This document shows, piece after piece, positions 1 through 11,016 of a DNA stretch of 64,000 nt (within the stretch, counting starts at the first letter, position 1; each line of letters opens with the position of its first letter). Origin of the DNA: Entomortierella parvispora E1425 (taxonomy: Eukaryota; Fungi; Mortierellomycota); the NCBI GenBank assembly GCA_020891255.1, contig BQFW01000012.1, positions 2,480,001-2,544,000 on the forward strand, read 5' to 3'. The notes below the pieces were generated by a model that was given only the letters and a program-made list of their open reading frames with translations, was not told the DNA's origin and did no database searches. The position numbers and the translations under genes were made by a program.

Positions 1-194
1 CATCAAACGTTGTGGCTCATGTACCAGGAAACGGGAACAAAGTGAACATGGACAGGGCGCAGAGACCAAAAGACTGGAGAAACGAGATCTTTTTCATTTC
101 TGGCAGACCTATGATCCAACTGTGGCTGATCAGACTCAGGACAAAGGACTGGCGTCAAGCAACAATGCTGACTCCCCATTACACCAAATCGTAG

Positions 195-1060
195 GATACA
201 TTGATCTCTCCAAGCGTCGTGTCTCTGCTACGGATATTGTCAAGTGCGAGGAGCGTTACAACAAGTCCAAGGCTGTGCACTCGATCATGTCGACTGTCGC
301 CAAGAAGGAGAACAAGGATTTGGAGGTTTTGTACGAGCAGTTGGCCTGGCCTTTGTACGCCAAGTACGGCCATGCCTACGATGCTTTCAAGGCTGCCCTC
401 AAGTAAGTTGCGCGAATCAGGAATATCGATTAATCATGGTCACAGCATCTAGTCTAAATTGCACATTGGACTCACCCTGGATCTTTCACCTTTATAGCGA
501 GCCCGAGAAGGTTTTCGAGGGCTTGACCATTGAGGAGAGCACAAAGGAGGAGCTTCTCAACAACATCAAGCGTCGTTTGACCCCCCAGCCCATCAAGATC
601 CGTGCTGATATTGAGGTTACCTGCTTTGACTATGAGGGTATTGATGCCATCAAGACTGCATTCAAGGAGGCCGAGGCCGTTTCCCTGCCCGAGGTCCCTA
701 TTCGTGTCAAGTTGGTTGCCCCCCCTCTGTATGTCATGATCACCAACGCTTTGGACAAGCAGCTCGGAATTGATACCATGGAGAAGGCCATTGTCGTGTT
801 GGAGGAGAGCATCAAGAAGTCGAACGGAAACATGGTCACCAAAATGAGTGTAAGTTTGATAGAAATTACTGTTTTATTGATATTGGAACGATAAGAGGTT
901 GAATCTGACAGCGAACTGCCTTGTTTATGAACAATAGCCCAAGGCCGTTACCGAGGCTGATGATATGGAGCTCGACCAGTTGTTGGCACGCATTGACAAG
1001 GAGAATGCCGAGATCTCGGGAGATGACGATGATTCCGACTCGGATGCTGAGGTCGCCTAA
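195..1060 (+). CDS. SUI2: Translation initiation factor eIF2 alpha subunit, 3' part (5' exons lie outside the window)
   Basis: Exons 195-402, 498-849 and 938-1060 with GT-AG introns and matching phases. Translation includes GYIDLSKRRVS, KSKAVHSIM, LYEQLAWPLYAKYGHAYDAFK, RRLTPQPIKIRADIEVTCFDYEGIDAIK and VKLVAPPLYV, which are characteristic eIF2-alpha motifs. Confidence 0.96.
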
Positions 1061-1853
1061 ATGTCCAAACCCAAGTACACGATACAAATCAACCCTCTTT
1101 CACAGACTTGTACGCGCCTGCCAAAGACGCTTGGATCGATTTGGATTAACGACATGTAGAGTTAGAAAGGAGAGTGGAGGAACGAAGGTGGTGGACGATG
1201 TAGGATCCACTGATCATTAAAGAAGTAATATCTGTTTTTGAACATAGCAATGGGAGGGGTGCGCAACACGACGGAGCAGAACTTGTCATGATTTGCGAAC
1301 ACGCGTGAGCACTGGATCCGAAAATGGACCGTGCTCACCATGGCTGCACTCTCCATTCTGTCTGAGTACCTGTTCTTATCGTCATGAATGACTGAGGACC
1401 ATGAGTTGTGTGGCTAACAAACAACATGAATGAAGAACGAGCTGAACGTCATTTGGACCAAGAAAAAAAAAGAGAATGAAAAATTGCGCAAGAGTGAAAC
1501 GCAGCGCAAGCGTGATAGGTGAGATCAAGGAAATGAACGCGGGAAAAAAGATTTTTTTTTTTCCTTCATAAAAGCCCCCAAGGTCTCGCCTCACTGTGTC
1601 TGGTACCCACGGACTCTCTTTTTGTGCGCTTTCTTTCTTTCTTTCTTCTCACTCACTCTTGTACATAGTACATATTGATACTCTTCCTATTCATCCTCCT
1701 CTGTCGTCTTTGCTGCCGACACCCACCTTTCCTTTTCTTCCATTTTTACGTTTGTTTCGCCTTATCTTGCTGGCTCTTTATCGTGACACCCAGTCAAGCT
1801 CTCTTTTCTTTTTTCTTTTACTTTGCCAATACCATTCGAATCCCTCCGAAAGA

Positions 1854-4800
1854 ATGAATCGTGCCCGCCGCGAATCTCTCAACTGCTTGAACGCAGACAA
1901 GGAGGCCCTCGAGCACTTTGCTCAGCAGGAGCAAAGCCGACCCTCACCCGAATTACGCAATGTCGAACGCATGGCTGGATCTGGCGCCAGCAATCGCAAC
2001 CGATCAAAGTCTTTGGCGTATGGACTGACATGGGCCCAGGCGATGAATGGCCGGGCAGTGAACCCAACAGACATGTTTGGGATCTTGAACGCTGACGAGT
2101 CGTCGAGCTGGCAGGGAGCCTGGGTCGGACCAGGATCGACTACCCAGCGCAAGACTGACAGTGACCAAGAAGATGAAGAACTCAACCTGTTGAACAACCG
2201 TCTTCCTGGAACCAGCAGCAACGGTGGCGGCGGCAACGTCCTAGGTGGACCGACATTGATCATGCCCAGCAACAACCTTCCGCAGGCTCTTGGGGTCATG
2301 GACGCTGGGGCCGTGGCCTTCTCCCCCAAGCTCAGTGCCCAGACGTGGGAGCAGACGTTGGAACGATCCATCCGATCGATTGTCTCCATCACAGCGAATC
2401 ACGTCCGAAGTTTTGACACAGAGACGTCAGGTAAGGGAACGATACGCAATGGACTTCCTCATTCCCCATTCTTTCCCCCCCCCCCCTCTTCAGACTAGGT
2501 TAACTCTAGTCCTCAGTGGATCGTTGTCGCCTTGGGTCCACCTTGTCTCCCAGTGCCCTTCACCCTCCCAGCCAGAAAAATGAAAAAAAAAGTTTTGCCC
2601 ACGTCTAAAATAGTGGCGCGTGACTGTCTCATAATGACATTGGGGTGATGCCATGGGGACGACAATGAAACTAACCCTAGGACCCTGCTCCCCTTCCTTC
2701 TGCTCTACTAGGCGCATACTCCGCCACCGGCTTCCTTGTCGATGCTCAACGGGGTATCATCCTGTCCAACAGACACGTCGTCTCGCCCGCACCTATTCTC
2801 GCCCTCGCCATCTTGTCCAACTATGAGGAAGTGGAGCTCAAACCCATCTACCGTGACCCCGTCCACGACTTTGGTTTCATGCAGTTTGACATCTCCAAGG
2901 TCAAGTTTATGAATCTCGAGGAGATCCCTCTCAGCCCCGAGCGTGCCCGTGTGGGTCTGGATATTCGTGTGGTTGGAAACGACGCAGGCGAGAAGCTGAG
3001 TATTCTGGCCGGAACATTGGCCCGATTGGATCGACAGGCGCCCGAATATGGTCAGGGAGAATACAACGACTTTAACACGTTCTACCTCCAGGCTGCCTCT
3101 TCGACCAGTGGAGGATCCTCTGGAAGTCCTGTGCTCGACATTGATGGACACGCAGTGGCGTTGAATGCTGGAGGTGCAAGCAAAGCCTCGGCTTCTTACT
3201 ACTTGCCCTTGGACCGTGTCAAGCGCGCGCTCAAGTATGTTCAGGCCGGCGAGACTGTGCCCCGTGGTACTCTTCAGACTGACTTTGATTACTTTCCCTA
3301 CGATGAGTTGCGTCGCTTGGGTCTCAAGCTCTCGATGGAGGAGCAGATCCGTCAAAGGTTCCCCAACGAGACTGGAATGCTTGTGGTCAAGACGGTCTTG
3401 CCCAAGGGCCCTGCTGCCGACCAACTGATTCCAGGAGATATTGTGATTCAGTGCAACAACGAGCCCATCGCCAACTTTATCCAGCTGTTCTCGGTTCTGG
3501 ATGACTCCGTCAATCAGACAGTATCTTTGACCGTCGTTCGAGGATCCAACTCGCAGCTTCTCACGTTCAACTTTACGGTTCAGGATCTGCACTCTATCAC
3601 GCCCGATCGATTCGTCGAAGTCGGAGGAGGAGTTGTCAACGAGCTGTCTTATCAGTTGGCTCATTCGTATGGACAGCCATGTGGTGGCGTCTATGTCGCG
3701 ACCTCGGGACACATGCTCGCCTCCGCTAGTGCTTGGCGCAAGAGTATCATTGTGGCAGTCAACAACATCCCCACACCAAATCTGGATGCGTTTATTCAGG
3801 CTGTTGGAACCTTGCCTGATGGTGCCCGTGTCCCCATTCGCTTCTACACTCTTCAAAAGGCCTTCAAGGAGAAGATCATGATCATGCACGTCGATCGTCA
3901 CTGGCACAAATGTCGAATGGCCATTCGCAATGGTAAGTCAACTTTTTCAATACCAATGCCCTATAATGAAGATCTGAACTTTTCGTTGTCTTAAACGCGA
4001 AAAACATTCTCTGTCAATTTTAGACAAGACCGGTCTCTGGGACTTTACGGACTTGCCTCCCCCTCCCCCTTCGCAACCCTATGCTCCAGCGACGGCCATC
4101 TACCCTACCATCAGCGAATCGTTGCATCCAGCTGATGTGATCATGCCCTCGTTCGTAGCCATTGATTTCCATTTACCCTTCCTGGTCGATGGTATGAAGG
4201 CGACCCAGTTCTACGGTACTGGTTTGGTAGTCTCGACCAACCCTCCTCTGATCGTCTGCGATCGCGACACGATCCCCATTTCGATCGGAGATATCTTCGT
4301 CACTTTCGCCAACAGTGTCATCATTCCAGGACGCCTGGTGTACCTCCACCCATTCTACAACTTTGTGGTCTTGACTTATGACGCATCCTTGTTGGCCAAC
4401 ACCCCTGTCAAGCCCGCGACATTCAGTAACAAGGCTTTGGCTCAGGGAGATGAATGCTACTTGGTCGGTGTCGGCACCGATCAGTCGCCCGTGATCAAGA
4501 AGACCACGGTCTCCAACGTTGGAAACATTGGCACTCGCGAATGCTCCCCTCCTCGCTGGAGAGCCATGAACGTCGAAGGCATCAAGGTCGATGACCCCGT
4601 CGGCACCCAAGGAGGTGTTCTTTGCGACGGCGATGGTAATGTCCAGGCCCTTTGGGTCAACTATTCCTCCCAGGACGAGAAAGGCAACGATATCACTTTT
4701 ATGTCTGGATTGGATGTCTCATGTGTCAAGACTGTCACAGAGCCCTTTATGCGAGGCCAGTATCCAAAGTTGATGACCTTGGATGTCGAGTTCTGGACAA

Positions 4801-5889
4801 TGCGTATCGCTGCCGCCAGATCCTTGGGCTTGACAGATGAGTGGGTGCAGAGGATCGAGAGTGACTCGAGCTCAAAGCATCAGCTGTTATACGTTCTCAG
4901 CTTGCTGGATACAACCTCCCCTTGCAGTCAAATGCTCAAGGTCGGAGACATCATCTTGGAGCTCGAGGGCGAAGTCGCTACAGGCATGAAGGACCTTGAG
5001 CGTGCTCGCTCTGTGGAACACGTCAACATTGTAAGTTTGTGTTCATATTTTTTTCTGTTTCTCTTTTATTCTTCTCCATGATCACAGCCATATCCTTACA
5101 CCCTCCCCTCCCCTCATCTAGACCGTTCTCCGTGAGGGCAAAGAGCTGCACTTGGTCGTGCCTACTGTGCCCATGGTCGGAACCGATACCAACCGTATCG
5201 TCGCTTGGGCTGGAGCCTTGATCCAGATGCCTTACAAGGCCGTGCTGGAGCAAGTCTCGAACGTTCCCAGTGGTGTCTACGTCTCTTGCACACTCTACGG
5301 TTCGCCCGCCTCAACCGCTCTTCGACCCGGTGTCTGGATCACAGAGGTCGATGGTATTCCCGTCGGTAACTTGGACGAGTTCTTGGATGCGGTCCACCAC
5401 CACGAGAACAAGGTCGTGCGATCGCGCCAGGGAAGTGTCTGCGAGGTGGCATTGAAGCGTCTCTCGTTGGTCTATGGCAGCAGCAGCAAGCGTCTCTCTG
5501 CCAGTGTCATGCAGCACCAGCACTTGATGGCCCACCCTGAGGGCTTGCCTTACCAGCACAATGGTGCATCTTGTGACGGTCTCCACCCTCACGAAGGATG
5601 TGCTGCTGCTCCAGTCGCGCCTACTCCCGTGCCAGCTACTGGTGATACGCGCACGGACATTGGTGCGGCTGCTGACAACATGGATGTGCCCTCGTCGCCC
5701 TCTTCGCCCAATGTTGACCAAGCCGACGATGCCGCCCAGTCTCAGGGATACGTCCGTATCAAGATTCAGGCCAGGAACGGAAACGTGTCTGTGATCGCCA
5801 TGAAGTTGGATCCCATCTACTGGAGCACCACTCAGCTACTGCCTGATCCCGATAGCGTCAGTGGCTGGAAGATGATGGACGTTATCTAA
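1854..5889 (+). CDS. NMA111: Nma111-like HtrA/PDZ serine protease (about 1190 aa)
   Basis: Exons 1854-2430, 2712-3932, 4024-5030 and 5122-5889 with consistent phases. Catalytic-region motifs ATGFLVD..GIILSNRHVV, YRDPVHDFGF and GGSSGSPV are present, followed by PDZ-like segments and a second protease-like domain. Confidence 0.93.
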
Positions 5890-6070
5890 AAGACGATACT
5901 CTTTTTTTCCCCCCCTATTCGTCTGGTTTTCGTTCTTTTTCTTGACCTACAAAACAAGGCCAGGCCTACCCGTCCGTTTTTGTTTTTTGTATAGCTGTAT
6001 AGTTGAATCGCAATATATATATTTATATTTTCTGTCCCAAACCATGTTTATTTTTTGAAGGATAGAAGGA

Positions 6071-8860
6071 CTAAAAGGTCATTTGGGCAGAGCGCGACTT
6101 GCCCATAGGATAAACGACCAAGGCACTGCCAAAGAGTCCGACACTGATCGCGATGGCAGTAATGACCATCTGCAGTGCAAAGTTCACGCCGCCCGTCATG
6201 TCTTCCGTGAACCAGGCCATGGCGCCCTTCAAACCCATGCTTCCGGGGACTAAGAAAAAGACGGCGCAGACGACCGCCTGGAACGTCAACTGATGGGTCA
6301 ACCGTTGATAGACGTTGCCCAACAATCCGATCGCGAAGGCGGCCAAGGCCGACGAGACCTCGGTCTGGGCTCCTGCATAGGTCGAGGAAGCATAGCTGAC
6401 GGCGTACCCGACAATGGACAAAATGGTGGCCAAGAACCATTGGCGAGGATGCGCCTTGATCCAGATGTTGAGCGAGATGGCAAACAAGGGCACAAACAAA
6501 ATGTTCCAGAGAGGATCCAACGGCGGCAGGGGGCAGACACCCGTCAAGTTCTCTTCGCCCGTGTCTGAATGGTCAAAGAGCTGCCAGATGGAAGCACCGA
6601 TGGTGAGACCATAGCCGAGAAGCAACGAGAACACGACGGCGTAAAAGAGTCGCACCGAACCCGAGATGATGTGACGAGAACTCAACTCGAGGATCGCACA
6701 GGTGATGGTATAACCGGGCAGGATAATGACAATGCCCGCCATCTTGACCGCGGACTGGCAGATATTGTTATGACGCAGGGCCTCGGCCACAAAGGCCACG
6801 ACGACCGACATGGTGATCTCGCAGATGTGGGCGTAACTGGGCACCTTTTCCGACAACCACACCAACAAACCGACGGCACCTCCAATCACAAACGAGACAC
6901 CCGCATCGATCCAGGAACCCTTGAAGAACATGGGGGCTGTGCAAAAGGAAGCGACCGCGTACGCCAACACGGTCAACCACCGTGAATTGGCGTCTTTTTC
7001 CGTATGGATGGCTTCCAACTTCATGATGGCCTCTTCCACAGGCATGGAGGAATGTGTGACCATCTTGTGGATTTGGTGCACCAAGGCACATTTGTACATG
7101 TCGAGTCCTGCAGGCATCTTGAGTAAGTGTGTCTCGGAGGTATGGGTTTCGTAATCCGTAAAGGCCACGATCATGACATTGGGGAGGTACACACACTGGA
7201 CATTGAGCTCCAGAATGCGAGCCGAGCTATCGATCGTGTCCTCAAGACGATGCGAGGGGTAACCGTACTTGATCATGGACTTTGCCAGTCGAAGAATGTA
7301 ATCCTGACGCTCCAAAATGTCGGCCACGGCAATGGTGATTCTGATCTTTTCCTCATGGGAAAGTGTGCCTCCAGGGGTGCTGGCGCCACTGTAGAGACCA
7401 CCAGTGGGAGTGATCTCGCCCGAAAAAGACCCCCTAGGCGAAACGTTGGGGGACTGAAGGGGGGAGCTAAGACCTGCAAAGGACATGGCAAAGACATTGT
7501 CGAATTGCATCGACTGTCGGTTGGGATTGCTCCTGGCTGTGGGCTTGAAGTTGGACAGTTGACTCGCGGCGCCGGTGGTTGTGGCTCCTGCGATGGGGGG
7601 CAGAGGAGGGTAGGTAGCAAAGACAGACTTTGCGTTCAAGGAAACCGTCGAGGTGTTGGCCGAGTGGCTGTAAAGAGTGCATCGCTTGACTTTTTTTTCC
7701 TTGACCACCTTTTGACGGCCTCCACCGACCTTGTGCTGTTGATGTGGACGTCCCTGACCGGCCTGGAGCTTCAACAGGTTGCTGAGAACACCAGCTTTCG
7801 AGGGCTGGCGGGTGAGGTCTGTGGTCCGTTGTTGTTGCTGTTGATGTTGTTGTTGCAATGGGTGTTGATGCTGATCCTGGGTATATGTTTGATGGTCGGA
7901 CAGAGTACGTTGAAACAACTTTGAGATGCGGTTCGACTTTTTCTTGTCCTTGATCATCACTGCCGCCGTAGCTGCCGCCTCTTCCTCCTCTGCAGGTGCA
8001 GCCAAAGTAATCTCAGATCCATTGCTCTCCATCGTAGCCGCCATCTTTTCTGGGTCGAGACGATCGGGGTTGTTGATTTTGGGGTACTTGCTCACGCCCT
8101 TTTGCTTTTTGTGGGGCGGTGTTCCTGGTGGTGAAGAAGAGGTCGAGGTCGAAGCAGATCCCTTCTCCTGCACTTCTTCTTCTTCTTCATCCTCCTCCAC
8201 AAGTCCCCGTCCCTCATTCTCGATCAGGTTGGACAAGGCCCGTTGCAAAGAGATGACATGGCTCTCTGTCTCGGTCGAGTTGGATCCTCCTGGGGTGGTG
8301 ATGGTGATCTCGGGTTCTTCTACCCGCAAATGGTCGACAGAGTAAGACCTCTGACCCACGGACGGCCGCAAGGGCTCCTGAGTCTGTAACCGAATCGGTT
8401 GTGGTGGGACAACAATCGAGATACTGGATGGCCTATGTGGCTGCTGCAAAGGGGGTGTGCTCGCTCCATGGGTGTAAAGATGTGACCGTTGGTAGGCTGC
8501 TTGGAGGTAATAGTTCCTCAATCCACTGGGAGGGGTGCCCGGTGGAGAGCTCGAAGCACTGCTGGCGCCTGAACGATTAAAAGGGTATCCGTTGTTATTG
8601 TTGATATTGCTTGATCCTGCTGTGCTGCTGCTTCCAAGGTTGTTATTAGAGGTGCTGTTGTTGTTGGGGGTATATTTGGAGCTCATCTTGCTAGGCACTG
8701 CAGGGGTGAACCGGGGGATGGCTGGGTATGTGGTGGGAGACAGAGAAGAGGGCAAGGTGCGATGGTTGCGCTCAATGTTGATCTGAGCCTGTGTTTGGCG
8801 TGGAAGGGCGACAGGCGGTGTTGTCGGTGGTGGGGAGGGTGTGGGTGAAGGAGTCTTCAT
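6071..8860 (-). CDS. PRM10: ThrE/DUF1212-family multi-pass membrane protein (Prm10-like) with a long disordered N-terminus
   Basis: Intronless ORF; likely start is MKTPSP at 8860 (the ORF track extends 44 codons further upstream). It contains RQDYILRLAKSMIKYGYPSHRLE, followed by about 10 hydrophobic segments and the C-terminal AVFFLVPGSMG motif typical of ThrE/Prm10 proteins. The symbol is a family-level assignment. Confidence 0.85.
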   Translation of the reverse strand: MKTPSPTPSPPPTTPPVALPRQTQAQINIERNHRTLPSSLSPTTYPAIPRFTPAVPSKMSSKYTPNNNSTSNNNLGSSSTAGSSNINNNNGYPFNRSGASSASSSPPGTPPSGLRNYYLQAAYQRSHLYTHGASTPPLQQPHRPSSISIVVPPQPIRLQTQEPLRPSVGQRSYSVDHLRVEEPEITITTPGGSNSTETESHVISLQRALSNLIENEGRGLVEEDEEEEEVQEKGSASTSTSSSPPGTPPHKKQKGVSKYPKINNPDRLDPEKMAATMESNGSEITLAAPAEEEEAAATAAVMIKDKKKSNRISKLFQRTLSDHQTYTQDQHQHPLQQQHQQQQQRTTDLTRQPSKAGVLSNLLKLQAGQGRPHQQHKVGGGRQKVVKEKKVKRCTLYSHSANTSTVSLNAKSVFATYPPLPPIAGATTTGAASQLSNFKPTARSNPNRQSMQFDNVFAMSFAGLSSPLQSPNVSPRGSFSGEITPTGGLYSGASTPGGTLSHEEKIRITIAVADILERQDYILRLAKSMIKYGYPSHRLEDTIDSSARILELNVQCVYLPNVMIVAFTDYETHTSETHLLKMPAGLDMYKCALVHQIHKMVTHSSMPVEEAIMKLEAIHTEKDANSRWLTVLAYAVASFCTAPMFFKGSWIDAGVSFVIGGAVGLLVWLSEKVPSYAHICEITMSVVVAFVAEALRHNNICQSAVKMAGIVIILPGYTITCAILELSSRHIISGSVRLFYAVVFSLLLGYGLTIGASIWQLFDHSDTGEENLTGVCPLPPLDPLWNILFVPLFAISLNIWIKAHPRQWFLATILSIVGYAVSYASSTYAGAQTEVSSALAAFAIGLLGNVYQRLTHQLTFQAVVCAVFFLVPGSMGLKGAMAWFTEDMTGGVNFALQMVITAIAISVGLFGSALVVYPMGKSRSAQMTF

Positions 8861-11016
8861 GTGAGATGGCAGCTTGATGAGTTGAGTGAGGGAGTGAAGT
8901 GAAGTGAGGGTTGCTCCTGAAAAAAAAATAGTTCGATGAGGTGTGGTCTGATCGCAAGTGTTGATGGACCTGCATTTTTGTTTGTTCCACAAGACAGAGA
9001 GACAAGGAAGATCATATCAATATTGGTGTTTGGAGAGGCCATGGTACATGGAGTTAGCATGGCACGGTCAATGGTCGGGGAGGAGGCAACGAACCGAAAG
9101 AAAGAGAGTTGGGTCTAGTCGTTAGAAACTGGCAAGGAATGAGAGAGTGGGCAGCACAGAAGCACTGCGACCAGCAAGCGATCGACGCACGAAGCAGGAA
9201 TGGGGGGTTGTGAAAAAAAAAAAGTCTGAAGAGTGAAGAAAAGAAACGAAAACAGAGATGAGTCTTGAGAAAAACAGACAAAAAAACGGCGGTTGGTCGG
9301 AGACTGCATTGATAAACGTGGTTTGCGGTCAGACAATTGTATGCATCGATGGCGATCTCTGCAACGAGGATGAGTAACCGTCAATGTATGGGGCGAGGAA
9401 GGATGTGTGGAATGGAGAATGAAATTATTTTTTTCAGCTCGAATGGCCCGGCGAATTGACCGGTGGTTGGTTGGTGTCTCTGTTGCAGTGTCTCGAAATG
9501 ACCCTGAAATGGCTGGCTGCGTGCGAAGGATTGAATCGATCGACTAAATCGATCGACTATAACAAACAGCACGGACATCCTTCAACAGATTATCAAGGCG
9601 ATATAATCGCGCCATAGAATGCGTCTTGGCAACCGCCTCCTCCAGAAAAACAGAAAACACAGAAGGCGTGGGAGTGTTTACTGCACTTCCTGATGAGGCA
9701 ATTGCCATCCTTGTTCCCACGAAGACAAAAAAAAAAGGAATGCGTCAATATCCAAGCCAGATAACACCATTCGTACAAAACGTTGACCATCGCCGCCATT
9801 CCGCAACCTCTTCTTCCTCCTCATGGGCGCGATCTTGTAGGTTCTTTGACGGGTGCTAAAACCACCCTTCGGACAATTCGCCTCAGACAGACAGACACAC
9901 CCACACACACACAGCAGAACAGCCACACATTCCAACACTTTCGGGATAAAAATAATTTTTTTCCCAAGGAGATTCAAAATTGAATCTCAAACTTGTCAAT
10001 TCACTGCCCTTTCCCAGCTCTCCATCGTGGAAAAAAAGCCCCTTTTCCCAATTCAGCGGCCGCGATTCCAACAGCAGGTTTCCATGAGATCTTCGTTCTC
10101 GCTGTGTGCTTGCTGTCTGTGGTTTGTTGCTGGTCGCTTTAACTCTCTCTGCTGGCTGTGATTTTTTTTTCTCTCTTTACTTTGTCACCTCATCTAGGAC
10201 CAGTCGCAGCGCAGTTTTTGGCCTTGCCTTCCGTCGATCCACATTGCAACTGGCGGAAATCGAAAAACTCTCTATCTCGCGTAATTTCTTTATCCCATTT
10301 TTGTTCGCCTTTTTGAGGGTTTGTGGCCCTTCGTTGTTCCTGAAGAATCGTACTGTCGCCAAGGAAAAAAAAACAATTCCCTTTTTGTTCATTTCCACCC
10401 CCGCGTTTTAGTATGTGCACCCACCAAGCTCTCTGGTAGGCTGGCACCATTTTCATCTCCACGTTTCCCCCTCCTTTCCCTTTTTCCTTCCCGGCGGCGG
10501 ATGCCTATTCGTTTGTTGCGTTCGCAGTTTGTTTTTTCTCAGTCAGGGTTTTCTGGGCCTAGTTGTTTATAGTAAGTCGATCGATTGCACCCTTTTTCTC
10601 CTGCTTTTTCCCTTTTTTTTTTTTTTTTTTTGCATGAACTTCAAAAACCGATTTGCCAATTGAATGTCCATGCGCACGTTTTTTTATATTTCTTTTGAAT
10701 AGATGGATGTCTAATATACACTATGTAAAGGATGATGAAGATGCTTTTTTTACCCCTTCCCTTTTTGTGTGTTTTGCGTGTGTGTATCATAAGCCCTAGG
10801 CCTGGGCGGGGTGTGGGGGGTCATAGGAGAGGCCGAAAAAACAACCGGGGTGTATCGTTAAATCATTACTTTTGGGGATGGGAGGGGACATTTTTCGAAA
10901 AAGAAGCAAATCGCGATGTGCAAGAAAAAGAAAAAAATAAAATAAAATAAAGAAAAAAAAACTGCTGTGGGCAAGAAGAGGAGAGTCTTGTCCCACACTT
11001 TCTTGCAAGAAAAAGT

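Noticed and set aside
2708-3907. 399-aa minus-strand ORF
   Set aside because: Antisense to NMA111 exon 2, with no recognisable motif; expected from codon bias.
9050-9066. TTAGCATGGC resembling part of U6 snRNA
   Set aside because: Only a 10-nt match; the ACAGAGA box and flanking U6 sequence are absent.
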